Assembly: GCA_030704615.1 (NCBI GenBank)
Contig: CM060731.1
Coordinates: 7,812,001 to 7,876,000, forward strand
Direction: 5' to 3'
Source: Takakia lepidozioides
Lineage: Eukaryota > Plantae > Bryophyta
Length of the DNA stretch: 64,000 bases
The first letter of the stretch is position 1. The number at the start of each line of letters is the position of its first letter. Below the pieces are notes generated by a model, which was not told where the DNA came from, did no database searches, and saw nothing but the letters and a program-made list of their open reading frames with translations. The position numbers were made by a program, and so were the translations under genes. This document shows positions 63,201-64,000 of this stretch, in pieces.

Positions 63201-64000
63201 AGGGCCTGGAACTGGAAAATGGCGCCGAATTTCCAGTTCCGGGCCAGCCAGTCTAGGGACTTTGCCATTTTCGGAGCCCTGACTGGAAATTCGGCGCCAT
63301 TTTCCCTAACACCACTTAGGCCTCTAACATCCTGAAATGCCAGGACTTGAAAGAAAGGCAGCGCGTATGTACCTGTGAAGAAGGCGCATTGCTGCTTTGT
63401 CCGCGTTCGGCTGGTCGGTGAACTCGTGGCTCCGGCGAGCATCTGCTATCTCCCGAAAGAATAGGTTGGTTTTGTAGAGCAGAAAGTACCTCGTCACATA
63501 GTCACGTAGGCTCTCTGCTGCAGGAGATATCTCCATCTTGAACTGATGTGCTTGTGTGTCCAGCTGCTCTTGCGCATTCGTCGTCACCTGTGGAGATTGT
63601 CCATCAGATCGCTTTCCTCAAAAAATACAATGAATCCACCCCCTACTAGAGTAGAAGCCCCAAACGAAGCGTGGGGAAGTACCTGAAACCACCATGTCAT
63701 GCGGTTCATCCACATGTCGAATGTGGGGTCAGAGAGTTTGTCCGGTTTGGGGAAGCTCCACATGTCCCTGGTACTTTGGGAACCATTCCAGATTTGGAGC
63801 CACCGGGTCTGTCCAACCACCCAGCATATTCGTAAGCGCCAAACACCACAAAAAGGAGTTGTTGCCACCACAATTTGGTTAAGAATGTATCACCTTTTCT
63901 GTTGCATCCACACAGGATGTGGCTAGACGATGGAGCTTCTCCAATGTCATCGTGGGCTTCAGAGCGCGAGAGTAGTGCTTCCCCACCTCCACCAGAAAGT
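60222..64000 (-). CDS. Spliced gene (5' end outside window) with a beta-class N4-cytosine/N6-adenine DNA methyltransferase-like domain
   Basis: GT-AG introns keep one frame: exons ~63682+, 63372-63587, 61447-62572, 61094-61358, 60811-61009 and 60222-60681. Motifs CDMILLDIPDG ... LDDGGCVVV ... RSPAFIQTLMETCSDVQGRILDLTCGTG/ASMWAGTLSDRHVFAFEPD. Confidence 0.72.
62600..63262. repeat. Seven tandem 95-bp palindromic monomers inside a predicted intron
   Basis: Units start at ~62600, 62696, 62791, 62886, 62981, 63076 and 63171; each is self-complementary. Confidence 0.93.

Larger units (their letters stand above)
59986..64000. mobile_element. Element E: probable Mutator-like DNA transposon, left part, inserted in the A2 3' LTR
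   Basis: LTR homology stops at 59985. The new sequence starts GGAGGCTGCTATTTCAT (14/17 match to the MULE terminus at 5699), followed by subterminal ATGAGC and CACGGAAATAGGGT repeats. Confidence 0.6.

Noticed and set aside
62600-63262. Palindromic repeats as a CRISPR array
   Set aside because: Units are contiguous and near-identical with no unique spacers; no cas genes; eukaryotic intron context.

Overview
This window is eukaryotic DNA, probably from a non-seed land plant (inferred from a plant-type RPL8 fragment and Athila/Phygy-like and Galadriel-like Ty3/Gypsy lineages). It consists almost entirely of nested transposons, with one 500-N gap. (i) Family A is an Athila-like non-chromoviral Ty3/Gypsy element present as one full copy (25835-38933), one RT-deleted copy (49027-59985) and several fragments. 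It carries an extra 5' ORF and a long extra 3' ORF. (ii) Element B is a very young, intact chromovirus (10503-17468, ATCAG TSD). (iii) Element D (17575-42538) is a Ty3/Gypsy whose polyprotein frame reads Gag-protease-[C5 DNA cytosine methyltransferase]-RT-RNaseH-integrase-[PHD finger]. It is split by the family A insertion and carries a captured RPL8 fragment. (iv) A Mutator-like element with a decayed DDE/SWIM transposase sits at the left edge. (v) At the right edge, element E has a near-identical terminus and carries an apparently intact spliced gene with a beta-class N4-C/N6-A amino-methyltransferase fold, plus an intronic array of 95-bp hairpins. The main candidates for a new system are these two mobile elements, which encode two different classes of DNA methyltransferase. 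All domain calls are by-eye motif recognition; no searches were run.
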